A DNA stretch of 38,183 nucleotides from a virus (IMGVR_UViG_2541047893_000009:1-38183), one strand, 5' to 3'; shown: positions 9,486-19,387, counted from the stretch's first letter. The notes: generated by a model from the sequence alone, not told the origin. Numbers and translations: made by a program.

Positions 9486-9610
9486 CTGATTACGCCTCAA
9501 TCGTTTTCTTTTCTGGTGATTTTCACCATCACATGTCAGTTGTATATGCAAGGGAATCAATAAAAATATCACCCTGCAAGCACTTCAAAGCTGATTATGG
9601 GGATATTCTA

Positions 9611-9664
9611 GAACTATTCACAAAACTATTCCAGACATATCAAGAACTATTTCTTGATCTATTC
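9611..9664. repeat. Four direct repeats of RAnCTATTC upstream of the 8697-9485 gene
   Basis: gaactattc (9611), aaactattc (9623), gaactattt (9644), gatctattc (9656); spacing 12, 21, 12 bp. Confidence 0.4.
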
Positions 9665-10164
9665 ATAATAAAATAAAACATGCTATCAACTACGGATCAT
9701 ATCCTCCTTAGGTGTGTCGTTGTACTGTTCGACTGTTCTTGTGGTCAGATTAACAATCTGAAGAGTAAAAGCGACAGTAATCTGTCTGTTATAGTGGCGA
9801 TAAAAACACTGACTGCGCATCCTGTATGTGAAATCCTGTCATGTAGAGCAGTAAGCAATGACAGACATGCATGTTATATGTGAAGGGGCCGGGAGACGAC
9901 ATAATCAGTATGGCTGTCATTCTGGTTGTAAAACGCGATCACTTTCCGGGGGTAAAAGATGATATGGAGGTTGACAAACGGTTTGCTTCGGATTGTCTTT
10001 TCTGGGGCCTGAAGTACGGGGGCAGAAAAATAATTCCAGAGTAAATCTGCTCTGTTTTTAGGACAGAAAACTCCATGCTGGCTGTAAAAGTGAAAAATTA
10101 ACACCTAGTATGTATGGAAGTCTGAAGATATTGAGAATGTCGGTATGATACTATATACACATAT

Positions 10165-10285
10165 TTTACTAAGTATTTTTACTAAGCATTTCAGTAAGTG
10201 TTATACACGTATTTTCTACTAAGTGTTTTACCAGACATACACGTGTTTTCATAAACAGCCCTATAAGTGTTTTCATTAAGCATTG
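10165..10285. repeat. Iteron-like cluster of ACTAAG[TC]-containing repeats
   Basis: ttttactaagtattttt, actaagcatt, cagtaagtgtt, ctactaagtgtttt, tataagtgttttcat, cattaagcatt within about 120 bp in an ORF-poor AT-rich tract. Confidence 0.4.
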
Positions 10286-11147
10286 CTGTACACATTGCTT
10301 TGTCTGAAACACATCCAGTTTAGTAAATCTTTACGTTAGCTAAAATCAGTTTAAAGCTGCTGTAAAACCTTTTTGTTTAAGCAATCAATCTGCTATTCGA
10401 TTTTACTGATGTTGCGTTTAACCTTTTCTGAGTTTTTGTGTTTTTAGTCGTTAACCTGAGACAAGTGTCTTTACGTAAAAACGCAAATCCGACTGAGATA
10501 ACCTGGTGTGATTTACGGTGTGCTTGCGACGATTTTGTTAAATGGTTCTATGGATGATTTTGTGACGATGAGATTGATGAGATGATTAACTGGCCCTGGT
10601 GTTTTTTCTCAGTGCAAGGTGATTATCTTTATCATAAGGCTCTTTTCAGAAAAAGCGTGATGATTGGTTCTGGTGTTTTGATTCAGATGAGATTTACGTT
10701 ATCGATGGTTAATCGTTTTTATGGTGTGTTGAAAAGTAACGTTTTCAGGATAAGAAAATCGATTCTGATATTGGTGAACTTTGTTCTTGTGGCAGAGTTA
10801 TCTGTAAACAGGTTTTAAGTGCGCTATTCGGCTCTGTGATTGAGTTGTGTGGTTAAGCTGTAGGTTTTGGTGTTGTTGTTGATTTGCATTGCCAGGAAGC
10901 GTTCTGGTTGCGTTTCTGGTGTTTTGTTCGAATGTTCTGTGGATCCTTTTCCCTTCAGGCTTTTCTCGTCGTCCATGTCGTTTTTAAATCTATTCATGCT
11001 GTTGTTGCGTGTTTTGCTGCTGTGTGCAGGATTATCTTTTCGTTCCGGGATGGTTTGTTCCGTTTCAATCACTCTTAATCAGAGAGTTGTAGCATTGCTC
11101 AATGCCGGATGCCGTAAAGTTTTACCGCGTTGATGAATGATGTGAAG

Positions 11148-11280
<133 letters not shown>

Positions 11281-11309
11281 CAGAACTCGCTCCAGCCTGA
11301 TTGCAGATA

Positions 11310-11699
11310 TTACTCTTTTTTCTCCGTATCTACATCGGGTTCATCAGCAAATAGCTTGCCCTGCATCCGATCCAGTTCTTCTTTTCTTACCCGCTTAACC
11401 ACGCTGTAGACCCACTGAAGCGAAACACCAAATTTGCGGGCCAGTTCATGGTGGTTACGTCCGTTAAACTCCCTGAAGATTTCCCGGTCGCGCTGACTGA
11501 CCTTCCATACCATGCCCATCGGGAAATAAACGTTTTGCCCGCCCCAGACCTGCATCATGCGGTTCGCGACGGCCTGACCAATCTGGTCGGCAATTGCGGG
11601 CTCAATATCAATAATCTCGCGAACGGTCTCAGAGGTATGCTGTGCCAGTTCCACCAGGAGTTCCGGCCCTTTACTTCGAAACTGATTCAGGTCGCTCAT
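11310..11699 (-). CDS. mor: Mor/C-family transcription activator (middle/late gene activator)
   Basis: 129-aa ORF, the same length as Mu Mor; the C-terminal HTH region ...REIFREFNGRNHHELARKFGVSLQWVYSVVKR is typical of the Mor/C family; last gene of the early operon. Confidence 0.85.
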   Translation of the reverse strand: MSDLNQFRSKGPELLVELAQHTSETVREIIDIEPAIADQIGQAVANRMMQVWGGQNVYFPMGMVWKVSQRDREIFREFNGRNHHELARKFGVSLQWVYSVVKRVRKEELDRMQGKLFADEPDVDTEKKE

Positions 11700-12123
11700 G
11701 TTTTACTCCCGCAGCTCTGTGCTGCCACTTCTTCAGTTTCTCAATAACACTGCTTGCCTGTTCAGTATTGAGCCAGCGCAGGGCGCTGATGCCCGTTTCC
11801 CGCTTGATCCACCGCGCTAATGCATTTTCTGAACGGTCACGAACAATGCCGGCAGCAGCCATTTCAAGCCATAGCGCACGGATTTTCCTGGACTGCGGAT
11901 GGTTATCCAGCGGTAAACCGGAGCTGGCTTTTCCGGCAGGCTTAACGCGAAAGCCTTTCCTTTTCATGGATTCCAGCACGCAGTTTAGTTGTGTGGTATC
12001 CATTCCTTTGGTTGAGGCTTTACCGGTCAGCCCCTGTAACATCTGGCGGTAGGTGTCTTCATCCATACCCAGTTCATTACGGGCAATATGAATGAGCTGG
12101 ATAAGACGTTGTTTAGTCATCAT
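11671..12123 (-). CDS. GemA-like protein (Mu gp16 family, DUF1018)
   Basis: Start at the ATG at 12123 (MMTKQRLIQLIHIARNELGMDEDTYRQMLQ...); lies immediately upstream of and overlapping mor, as gemA does in Mu; family from memory. Confidence 0.65.
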   Translation of the reverse strand: MMTKQRLIQLIHIARNELGMDEDTYRQMLQGLTGKASTKGMDTTQLNCVLESMKRKGFRVKPAGKASSGLPLDNHPQSRKIRALWLEMAAAGIVRDRSENALARWIKRETGISALRWLNTEQASSVIEKLKKWQHRAAGVKHERPESVSK

Positions 12124-12328
12124 CGTTGCTCCTTTTACCTGCGCCACCGATATAATCGACATATAAAGGAAGCGCCACAGGCCAGCACAGGAACATCACC
12201 GACCAGCTAATCCAGTAGCCGGCACCACTGTAACGTGAATAAAACCCTGAACGGCGGTGCAGTTCAGCAGTACACCAACCGGCAAAACAATACCAGAACA
12301 GGGCACATACAACAGATTCAGCCGTCAT
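12113..12328 (-). CDS. Small hydrophobic membrane protein (about 71 aa)
   Basis: Internal ATG at 12328 gives MTAESVVCALFWYCFAGWCTAELH...MFLCWPVALPLYV with two hydrophobic segments; tightly packed in the early operon. Confidence 0.4.
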   Translation of the reverse strand: MTAESVVCALFWYCFAGWCTAELHRRSGFYSRYSGAGYWISWSVMFLCWPVALPLYVDYIGGAGKRSNDDD

Positions 12329-12544
12329 TCTGAATATCCCCCCAACTGATATGAATATTACGGGCAGCAATGACAGGGTCGTTATTCCACCATGCACCTG
12401 ACATGTATTTTTCAACCTGTTCGCGTCCGGCAATAACACCAATTGTGATCCCCGGCCTGACGTTCTTAAAAAAGGCGCGGGCAAAAAGGTATCTGGCAGA
12501 TATTCGGCAGGCTTTTAATTTCCGGCTGTTACCTGATAGCGTAA

Positions 12545-13228
12545 TCATCTGGCCTCCAGTTTCTGTTGTTCCTGCCCACTGACCGGGCGGTGCAGTCTGA
12601 CGTTCTGCCCTTCACGAAACCCCGCATAGCGCGAGGCGTCGCCATTGCGGCTTCTTCCCGGTTTACGCGCCCTGGTGGTTTGCGTTTGCGGGTATTTATG
12701 TTCCAGCCACTGTTGCATCAGTTCACGCTCATCATCGGTCAGGGCAAAGGACTGTATTTCACTGATAACGGCCAGTACCCAGCCTTCAGCAAACTGGTTT
12801 CCACGGCTGGTACGGGTGGCGTTTTTTATTCTTTTGTTCTGTGCGCTGATATACTGCTGACGCGCCTTTTTCAGTTGGCGGACCAGCACTTCCCAGGTGT
12901 ACGCAGCCAGTGCCGCTCGTTCCCGGTTACCGTAGAACCCCACAGACGGATGCGTGCCGGGGTGAATGATGGAGTTAACACCAAATGCCTCGCGGATGAT
13001 GTTCATCAGGCCCAGCATGTAGCGCGGTGGACGGAGACTGCCTGTCGGCCAGTAATGACTGATGGTTTCATCAATATCACTCATAGCAATGTCGGAATGT
13101 GTGATGCCGTGAACATCCATCAGTTTACGGGCTCGGCGCAGTGCCAGAGCGGCCTCGTGCGGGTTGCCGGATGCGGCCAGCGCCAGCAACTTTTTCAGTT
13201 TCTCAATGTGTTTATTCTGGTCTGTCAT
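12545..13228 (-). CDS. Early-region hypothetical protein, DUF2786-like N-terminus
   Basis: Start at the ATG at 13228 (MTDQNKHIEKLKKLLALAASGNPHEAALALRRARKLMDVHGI...); the N-terminal motif is recalled as DUF2786-like and common in phage early regions. Confidence 0.5.
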   Translation of the reverse strand: MTDQNKHIEKLKKLLALAASGNPHEAALALRRARKLMDVHGITHSDIAMSDIDETISHYWPTGSLRPPRYMLGLMNIIREAFGVNSIIHPGTHPSVGFYGNRERAALAAYTWEVLVRQLKKARQQYISAQNKRIKNATRTSRGNQFAEGWVLAVISEIQSFALTDDERELMQQWLEHKYPQTQTTRARKPGRSRNGDASRYAGFREGQNVRLHRPVSGQEQQKLEAR

Positions 13229-13440
13229 TGTTCTGTATCTCCGGTATTTTTCTGCCGTTTCCATGCCCGGACAGCGTCGGACAGCTCTTTCAGGCTGTAT
13301 GCTGCTTTAAGCTTTTCCCATAACCACTGTGTTGTTATGTGCATCAGCAGGGCAGCCAGGGCTGCCCCCGCACTGAGGCATGTCGCCAGGCCAGTAAGAA
13401 TCAGTGTCCATGCGGTGATTTCCCTGAGTATGTCAGCCAT
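13225..13440 (-). CDS. Small membrane protein (71 aa)
   Basis: Hydrophobic core WTLILTGLATCLSAGAALAALLM; its stop overlaps the start of the next gene. Confidence 0.4.
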   Translation of the reverse strand: MADILREITAWTLILTGLATCLSAGAALAALLMHITTQWLWEKLKAAYSLKELSDAVRAWKRQKNTGDTEQ

Positions 13441-13454
13441 TGAATGCCTCCCGG

Positions 13455-13751
13455 TTACTCGTTCGTGTAAATCACGCCCAGTCGTGCAGCCAGACGTTCC
13501 AGTTTTTTCTGTTTGTGGAAGTCAATCAGCCGGTCCATCCCCTGAAGGCGCAATTGCTCTGTCATGATTTCCACGTCTGCCAGCTCTGCCGCGAGGTCAC
13601 TTTCGCTGCCCTGTCCGTTCAGATTGCGGGCAGCACTGGCCGCCAGTTCAGCGGCCTCTTCTGTCAGTTTCAGGGCCTGTGCGTCCGGCCCGAAACGCTG
13701 CAGGGCCAGACGGTAGAGGGCGGTGCGGGTGAGTATGGTGTTCCGTGTCAT
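13455..13751 (-). CDS. Early-region hypothetical protein (98 aa)
   Basis: ORF co-oriented with and tightly spaced within the early operon; no recognised motif. Confidence 0.45.
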   Translation of the reverse strand: MTRNTILTRTALYRLALQRFGPDAQALKLTEEAAELAASAARNLNGQGSESDLAAELADVEIMTEQLRLQGMDRLIDFHKQKKLERLAARLGVIYTNE

Positions 13752-13760
13752 GCCGCGCCC

Positions 13761-14033
13761 TCAGTGCTTCCGGCTGACGGTGATGTGCAGGCCGCCTTCT
13801 GCAGTGGTTTCCATCCGGTACGGCACCTCATGCTCTGCCGTGTGGGTGAGTGTGTTCACCAGTACCTGCAGGGCAGCCGCCTTTCCGTTGGTCGCCACAA
13901 TGGCCTGAGCGGTCATGCTGATTAGCGCCGTCAGGACGTGCTTCACATCGGTGAGGTCGCGGCATTCACACTCGTTGACATAGTGTTCAACAAGGGTTCG
14001 GGTGCGCTGTCGTGCTTCCTGTGGGGTAATCAT
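13761..14033 (-). CDS. Early-region hypothetical protein (90 aa)
   Basis: ORF co-oriented with the early operon; its start overlaps the stop of the upstream gene by 4 nt. Confidence 0.45.
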   Translation of the reverse strand: MITPQEARQRTRTLVEHYVNECECRDLTDVKHVLTALISMTAQAIVATNGKAAALQVLVNTLTHTAEHEVPYRMETTAEGGLHITVSRKH

Positions 14034-14224
14034 TGCGAGTCCTCCCTGTCAGGGCGGGAGAATTCCATGACGGGCACGTCTGCCGAAAAATGCTGGCTGC
14101 AGTACGGGCAGACCAGGGTGACGCGTACCGCAGGGATGTGGTATTTACCGGACATCACGGCGATGGCGCTGTGAAAACGCAGGGCTGTTATATCCCTCTC
14201 GCACTGAATACATTTAAATATCAT
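14030..14224 (-). CDS. Small zinc-ribbon-like protein (64 aa)
   Basis: Two CxxC pairs (CIQC ... CPYC) about 35 residues apart; co-oriented with the early operon. Confidence 0.4.
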   Translation of the reverse strand: MIFKCIQCERDITALRFHSAIAVMSGKYHIPAVRVTLVCPYCSQHFSADVPVMEFSRPDREDSQ

Positions 14225-14321
14225 GATTTAATTCTCCTCTGTTTCCGGCGTGCAGAAGCCCGCGGCGCTGACGCCGGAATAAAAAAGAAAATGTTTTTAT
14301 TAAATAATTAACGTGGTGTGT

Positions 14322-14852
14322 TTACTGCACATCCTGCTCAAAAGGAATTATTGAAAAATCCTCAATGTCGCTTTTAATGGAAATACCGGGAATATTTTTC
14401 ACGGCCTCTTTTTCATTCAGGATAGCGTCTTTATTTATTTCCTCTTTTACACGAATAAAGCGCTCAAGCCCCAGACGTCTCAGTAATTCAATAACATTAT
14501 CCGCCCCACGGATACTGACTGATGGCGGACGGTTTCGCCACTGCACCTCGCCGGTGGTGAGGTTAGCGAACTTCACCTTCCCGTTGCCGGTCAGTTCATC
14601 ACGGTGTGCCTCACACCATGTCTGAATACCGGACTGCAGTTCGGCCATGCGTTTTTTCAGGCTCTCGGTGAGCGGGGCATAACGTGCGGTGATATCGCCA
14701 ATGGCGTCATTCATTTCTGTTTCAGCCCTGACCAGTTCACGTTGTGCGTCACCGAGTAGTCTGATTCCCTCAATGACCTCTTCACGTGTCCCCGGCACCC
14801 AGAGTGCTGCTGCGGCCTTGATACGTTTTGCACCTTTTGTACTTTTTGCCAT
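14322..14852 (-). CDS. gam: Gam-like host-nuclease inhibitor (Mu Gam family, dsDNA-end binding)
   Basis: 176-aa translation shares long blocks with Mu Gam as recalled (MAKSTKGAKRIKAAAA..., TEMNDAI, WCEAHRDELT, RPPSVSIRG, GLERFIRVKEEINK, SDIEDFSIIPFEQ). Confidence 0.9.
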   Translation of the reverse strand: MAKSTKGAKRIKAAAALWVPGTREEVIEGIRLLGDAQRELVRAETEMNDAIGDITARYAPLTESLKKRMAELQSGIQTWCEAHRDELTGNGKVKFANLTTGEVQWRNRPPSVSIRGADNVIELLRRLGLERFIRVKEEINKDAILNEKEAVKNIPGISIKSDIEDFSIIPFEQDVQ

Positions 14853-14879
14853 TTTTTATGATTTCTCCAGTTGTGCTGA

Positions 14880-15149
14880 TTACCACAAAGATTCCGGCCA
14901 CACGACGCGACAGCCGTGCAGTTCGAAAACGCCCTGACGGAAATATCCCCTGTGGTCATGTCCGGTATACAGATAACAGGCCTTTCCCTGCTCAAGCATG
15001 CGCATGCAATGCGCACTCCGGGAAACGCGGATGACAGGTTTGTTACCCCTGATGGTGATGCTTTGTACATCCGTGTTCGTCGCCTTAAGCGCCATAATGG
15101 CTGACTGCACTTTGCTGATTTGCTGGTTGATACCTGTGGTGGATTTCAT
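14880..15149 (-). CDS. Early-region hypothetical protein (89 aa)
   Basis: ORF between the B-like and gam genes; its start overlaps the B-like stop; no recognised motif. Confidence 0.4.
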   Translation of the reverse strand: MKSTTGINQQISKVQSAIMALKATNTDVQSITIRGNKPVIRVSRSAHCMRMLEQGKACYLYTGHDHRGYFRQGVFELHGCRVVWPESLW

Positions 15150-15151
15150 TA

Positions 15152-16318
15152 TTAAACCCCTTTGACAACGTCAGCGTTGACCTGTGGAACCCCGATTTCA
15201 GCGGCCAGATTCATGGCGGCTATTACCAGGTTACTGACGGCCAGCGGATACAGCAGGCTGACCATATTTTTACGATGACTTCCCGGATTGCTCAGGCGGG
15301 CACGTATGGCATCCACTGCGCTGGCGTCCATAATGTCCGTCAGTTGTTTACCGGCCCGTTGCAGTTTGAACGTCAGAAACTCTTCAAGGTTATTGTCCAG
15401 AGGCAGAAGTTCGACCACCTCACAGCGCTGAACGACTTCACGGACTTCCATATTGCGTTCAGACAGTTTTGTCGCCAGTTCCGGCTGGCCAATCAGCACG
15501 ATGGACAGCAGTTTTTTGAAACCGGACTCCAGCTCAAAAAAGCGTTTGAGGTGTTTCAGTGTCGGAATGGGCAGACTGTGGGCCTCCTCAATCACCAGAA
15601 CGTGGCTGAACCCCGCCTGGCTGCTGTCTTTCAGGACGCGATGCAGCTGGCGAAAGCGGGCGTCCTGACTGCGTCTGATGCTTTCCAGTGGTGCGATGGT
15701 ACTGATAATGGCTTCGGCAATCGCTGCTGCCTTCAGGGTTTTCCCTTTCACATCGTTGTCTTCCATAGCGATGATGTATGGCTCGATAACAATCACCGGC
15801 GCATTCTCGCGGTTGATACGTTCAGTCAGGTCACGGCGCAGCGTGGATTTACCCGCACCGGACTCACCGATGACGGCCATAAACCCACCATGACGGGCTG
15901 TCTGGTACAGCGCCTCACGCACGTAGCGAATGTCCGGAGTGGTGAACACATCATCAGAACCCTGCATGGCTTCGTCGGCGAACGGGTCACGGAAAAGACC
16001 AAACGCTTTTTTGGTTGCTGGAAATAACACCTGTTTTTTGAGTAACATATTCTCTTCCTCACTGAGGCTCGTTTTATCTGTGGTACCCGCTGTACGGGGC
16101 GTGGCCGCGCCCTGTACAGCATCAAAACTCTTCGTTGTATCAATCCCCTGACTTTCCAGCCAGGACGCAAGACGCCGGCGCACTTCTCCGGGGCTGGTGC
16201 GGGGCCACGCGTTATGATTCACAATCTGGGCCAGCGTGGCCTCAGAAACATCGACAGCTCTCGCCACCACCGCCTGTGGAATACGGGCCTCTTTCAGTTG
16301 CTGCTTCAGTACCAGCAT
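15152..16318 (-). CDS. MuB-like AAA+ ATPase (transposition target-DNA activator)
   Basis: Walker A GESGAGKST and an N-terminal HTH-like segment; start set at the ATG at 16318, which has a strong SD (GAGGAGGG); the track ORF starts at 16345 and would overlap the transposase gene; follows the transposase gene as in Mu. Confidence 0.85.
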   Translation of the reverse strand: MLVLKQQLKEARIPQAVVARAVDVSEATLAQIVNHNAWPRTSPGEVRRRLASWLESQGIDTTKSFDAVQGAATPRTAGTTDKTSLSEEENMLLKKQVLFPATKKAFGLFRDPFADEAMQGSDDVFTTPDIRYVREALYQTARHGGFMAVIGESGAGKSTLRRDLTERINRENAPVIVIEPYIIAMEDNDVKGKTLKAAAIAEAIISTIAPLESIRRSQDARFRQLHRVLKDSSQAGFSHVLVIEEAHSLPIPTLKHLKRFFELESGFKKLLSIVLIGQPELATKLSERNMEVREVVQRCEVVELLPLDNNLEEFLTFKLQRAGKQLTDIMDASAVDAIRARLSNPGSHRKNMVSLLYPLAVSNLVIAAMNLAAEIGVPQVNADVVKGV

Positions 16319-16328
16319 GTATCCCTCC

Positions 16329-18098
16329 TCAGTTGCCGTTAACAATGCTGATAACGCTGCTGCGGGCCGGCGTGGTCAGCGTGGCCATGACTTCATCCAG
16401 TGCGGCTTCCGGTACGCCGTCCGGATACTGTGCCGTTAACTGGCGGTAATGTTCCGGCGTCCAGGTAAGGCCGTCGGCGCTGAACTTATCGCGCAGGGCT
16501 TTCGCGGCCTCCACATGAGTCATGGGACGTTGTTCAGTGCGCGGCCCGCGTACGTCAGAGGCCTGACCTCGCTTCGGCATATAGGCCGGAAGTGTGGCGT
16601 CATCAATATGTTTATATGGGTCAAGCCGCCCGCCGAACGGCAGCGCCTTCGCCTTGCGTGCGGCAGCTGCATCTGCGGCGTTGTCTGTACCGGTGACCAG
16701 CGCTTCGGTTTCTTTTGCCGCCATCTGCGCCGGGGTTTCCGGCAGGGCTTTGTAACTTTCGCCAAATACCGCCGCGCCTTCAGCAAAGCCAAACTCGTTC
16801 TTTCTGACTTCTTCGACCAGGAAGAACGTCTCGTGGCCGTCCTCACCGGTCAGAACCACCTGTGCCACATCGCTGCGCCACGGGTTACGGGTAATCATCA
16901 GTTTTTCACCGACCAGTACGCCCGGTACCGTTGATACGTCAAATTCAGTGCCCCGGAACGAGACACGAAGTTTTGGCGTGACTTTGCGGAGTTCTGGTGC
17001 CGCCACAGCCAGTTCACGACATACCTCAACGGAAGGCGCTTTTTTCAGCTGCTCAGCAGTAATCTTCAGCCAGATATCCGTGCGGGTTTTACCGTGGCGG
17101 CTGTGAACAGCCGTGGCGTTAAAGTGGCTGCGCCATTTCGCGGCCAGCGCATTGAGTTCTTCCAGACTGTGAACCGGCCGGAACTTCAGACCCGGCTCCA
17201 GCTTGCGTTCGATAATGTCCCGCGCCTTTTCCACCTGTCCGGTGGCGCGGGCGTTATGCGGCTTGTGCGCTATCAGGTCGATGCCCAGTGAGCGGCACAT
17301 GTTTTTCGTCATACCCGCGGTGTTTGCCGAGCCGGGGTCGAGATAGAGTATTTTTGGCACGCCGTGCAGCACGTCTGCGCCGCCACGCTCCTGCATGGCG
17401 TTGATAAGCACAGAACACAGGTTCTCACCTGATTCCGCGCCCGTCACATACTCAACGTAAATCCAGCCGCTGGCATGGTCGGTAATCTCGTAACTCCACA
17501 CGCGGTCACTGGCGATACGGGCAAGGTTAGCGGGCTTGTTCTTGTAGAACTTCGCGCTGTCCATCACCTGCAGCCCTTTATGTCCATTGCTCAGGTAGTA
17601 AAGCGTGCAGAGTGAGGCGTCAATCTGCCAGACATGATTGGGGTGCAGACTGGCCACTTCGGTATGCGGTGCAGGAGCATCCAGTTGTTCCGGGTGCAGG
17701 CCATAGTTACGCAGAGCACGGCTGATGGCATCTTCAGACAACGGGAAAAACTCACCGGTGGTTTCATCTGTTCTGCCTGCGGTGATAAAGCCGTTAGCCC
17801 GCAGGGTTTCCACTGCATCTGCGATGGAATAGAGGCGTTTACCGTTCTTGCGGGTGGCCTCACGCAGTGTGGCAGATATCAGCGCGGCTTCGTCGCGGGT
17901 CAGGGCGCTGCGTCCGGCATCAGCGCGTTTTTTGCGTTTATCAGTCACAGAGACCTCCTTCAGCCTGCGCAGCAGAGTGGCGCGGGACATGCCAAGTTCA
18001 GCACAGGCAGCGTCGTATATTGCACCGCGTTTACCATGCCCCGCGTCACGTGCCGCGCGGGCGACATAAACCAGTCGTTCAGTCAGGGCAGCATTCAT
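16329..18098 (-). CDS. DDE transposase of the Mu A type (N-terminal HTH, rve/integrase catalytic core), shorter than MuA
   Basis: 589-aa ORF with a retroviral-integrase-like core region (WQIDAS..., LYLDPGSANT...); paired with the downstream MuB-like ATPase and Gam. Confidence 0.85.
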   Translation of the reverse strand: MNAALTERLVYVARAARDAGHGKRGAIYDAACAELGMSRATLLRRLKEVSVTDKRKKRADAGRSALTRDEAALISATLREATRKNGKRLYSIADAVETLRANGFITAGRTDETTGEFFPLSEDAISRALRNYGLHPEQLDAPAPHTEVASLHPNHVWQIDASLCTLYYLSNGHKGLQVMDSAKFYKNKPANLARIASDRVWSYEITDHASGWIYVEYVTGAESGENLCSVLINAMQERGGADVLHGVPKILYLDPGSANTAGMTKNMCRSLGIDLIAHKPHNARATGQVEKARDIIERKLEPGLKFRPVHSLEELNALAAKWRSHFNATAVHSRHGKTRTDIWLKITAEQLKKAPSVEVCRELAVAAPELRKVTPKLRVSFRGTEFDVSTVPGVLVGEKLMITRNPWRSDVAQVVLTGEDGHETFFLVEEVRKNEFGFAEGAAVFGESYKALPETPAQMAAKETEALVTGTDNAADAAAARKAKALPFGGRLDPYKHIDDATLPAYMPKRGQASDVRGPRTEQRPMTHVEAAKALRDKFSADGLTWTPEHYRQLTAQYPDGVPEAALDEVMATLTTPARSSVISIVNGN

Positions 18099-18101
18099 TG
18101 G

Positions 18102-19016
18102 TTATGCCTCCAGCCCGTTAATCTGTGGCGTCGGCTCAGTCAGCCATGAAGGCGCGGCATTGCCTGTTGGCTCATCCGGCAGGTCAAATGTGGAGCGCAG
18201 GCTACGCGCTGTGCTTTCCAGTTGACAGACCAGGCCTGCCATGAAGTCTCTGGGGGTATCAATCATGTTTTCAGCACAATATGCGCACAGCGTCTCAAAA
18301 GCGCTGGACAGTCGAACGGCGATAGCAGATTCCGCCTCAACCGCTAATGCTGTCACTTCCGCCCGCAGCTTCTTAACCTCTTCATCAGGCTCAGGCGGCT
18401 GAATACGGGATTTCTTCTCCAGTCTGGTGGAGAGTGAGTCTATTTTTTCATTTTTGTCAGCGAGTACGCGCTGTTGTGCTGCGTTGGTTTCGCGCGCTTC
18501 GCGCAGGGCCTGACGCAATTCACGTACTGACATGCGATCAACGTCGTCAAGCGTCAGGCCGGCAACTGTGCCGCCGTCGGCCAATTCATCAAGTTCTTCA
18601 TTATCCAGAACCATCAGGTCGTACAGTTTGGCTTTCCCCAAAACGCTCAACGTTGAGCGTTTTGTTGGCTCATCACCTTCTCCCAAAAACTTCATACTGG
18701 CTTGCATCATGCGGCGAGCAACTTGTGGTGCAAGTCCGAGTTCATTTTCTAAAATGTTTGTAAAATCACCGTGTGGCTCATTTTCTTTTAAGATGATCAG
18801 CCGCTTACCCGCTTCCAGCATAGATTCAGCACTCTGCGCCATATAAAAACGTGCTTCGTGAACAATGCGATCACGTTCATAAGGCAGTCCATCACCAAAC
18901 TGCTGCATAATTTCCATGCGATGCTGTGTCATAGCGTTCAAATTGACATTGATGTTATCTGACAGCGGAACCTCAACATTCAGTTCAGTGTTAACGGGTG
19001 ATTTGGTGCGTCCCAT
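18102..19016 (-). CDS. Early-region hypothetical protein with coiled-coil segment (possibly DUF3102-type)
   Basis: 304-aa ORF whose stop lies 3 nt before the transposase start; family uncertain. Confidence 0.5.
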   Translation of the reverse strand: MGRTKSPVNTELNVEVPLSDNINVNLNAMTQHRMEIMQQFGDGLPYERDRIVHEARFYMAQSAESMLEAGKRLIILKENEPHGDFTNILENELGLAPQVARRMMQASMKFLGEGDEPTKRSTLSVLGKAKLYDLMVLDNEELDELADGGTVAGLTLDDVDRMSVRELRQALREARETNAAQQRVLADKNEKIDSLSTRLEKKSRIQPPEPDEEVKKLRAEVTALAVEAESAIAVRLSSAFETLCAYCAENMIDTPRDFMAGLVCQLESTARSLRSTFDLPDEPTGNAAPSWLTEPTPQINGLEA

Positions 19017-19026
19017 TGATTACTCC

Positions 19027-19335
19027 TTACAAACGACTACCTGAAATAACTCGTTGGTTGATTTCGTTAATACGATCCTGTGCACGCGCCATCTCGTGAC
19101 TGTGAGCCATGGCGATCTGTAGTAACTGGATTCCCGGTGCGAAACGTCCGTTCTCTAATTTCATGGCCAGTCCCTCTTCAATAAGGGTATTAAGTGCTCG
19201 ATTGATATTCGCTGGGGACTCCCCCAGGGCTGATGCCAGTTCACCGTTAGAAACACCGTTCAGAGCATGACCGCGTAGAGCTTTGAGTACACGTAGGATG
19301 CGGGTCCCAGAACTGGAAATATTTACTTTACTCAT
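19027..19335 (-). CDS. Putative winged-helix transcriptional regulator (about 102 aa)
   Basis: Start set at the ATG at 19335 (MSKVNISSSGTRILRVLKAL...); HTH-like segment GVSNGELASALGESPANINRALNTLIEEGL. Confidence 0.5.
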   Translation of the reverse strand: MSKVNISSSGTRILRVLKALRGHALNGVSNGELASALGESPANINRALNTLIEEGLAMKLENGRFAPGIQLLQIAMAHSHEMARAQDRINEINQRVISGSRL

Positions 19336-19387
19336 GTCACATTTCCATTTTTGCAATATGTGATAACCTGTTGCATATGTGGAAAAT

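Noticed and set aside
10824-11072. 82-aa highly polar minus-strand ORF in the AT-rich tract (and overlapping plus-strand ORFs 10867-11133, 10884-11078)
   Set aside because: GTG-initiated with no convincing SD, low-complexity composition, mutually overlapping alternatives; not enough evidence to call a gene, though a small protein or ncRNA here is not excluded.
12318-12548. 76-aa minus-strand ORF between the DUF2786-like and small membrane genes
   Set aside because: Plausible by stop-start coupling but overlaps the better-supported 12113-12328 gene start and has no recognisable features; left uncalled.
12566-13567. 333-aa plus-strand ORF across the early region
   Set aside because: Antisense to a series of tightly coupled minus-strand early genes; Cys/Arg/Ser-rich low-complexity translation typical of a non-coding frame.
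15275-16027. 250-aa plus-strand ORF antisense to the MuB-like gene
   Set aside because: Lies wholly inside the well-supported B-like ATPase gene on the opposite strand.
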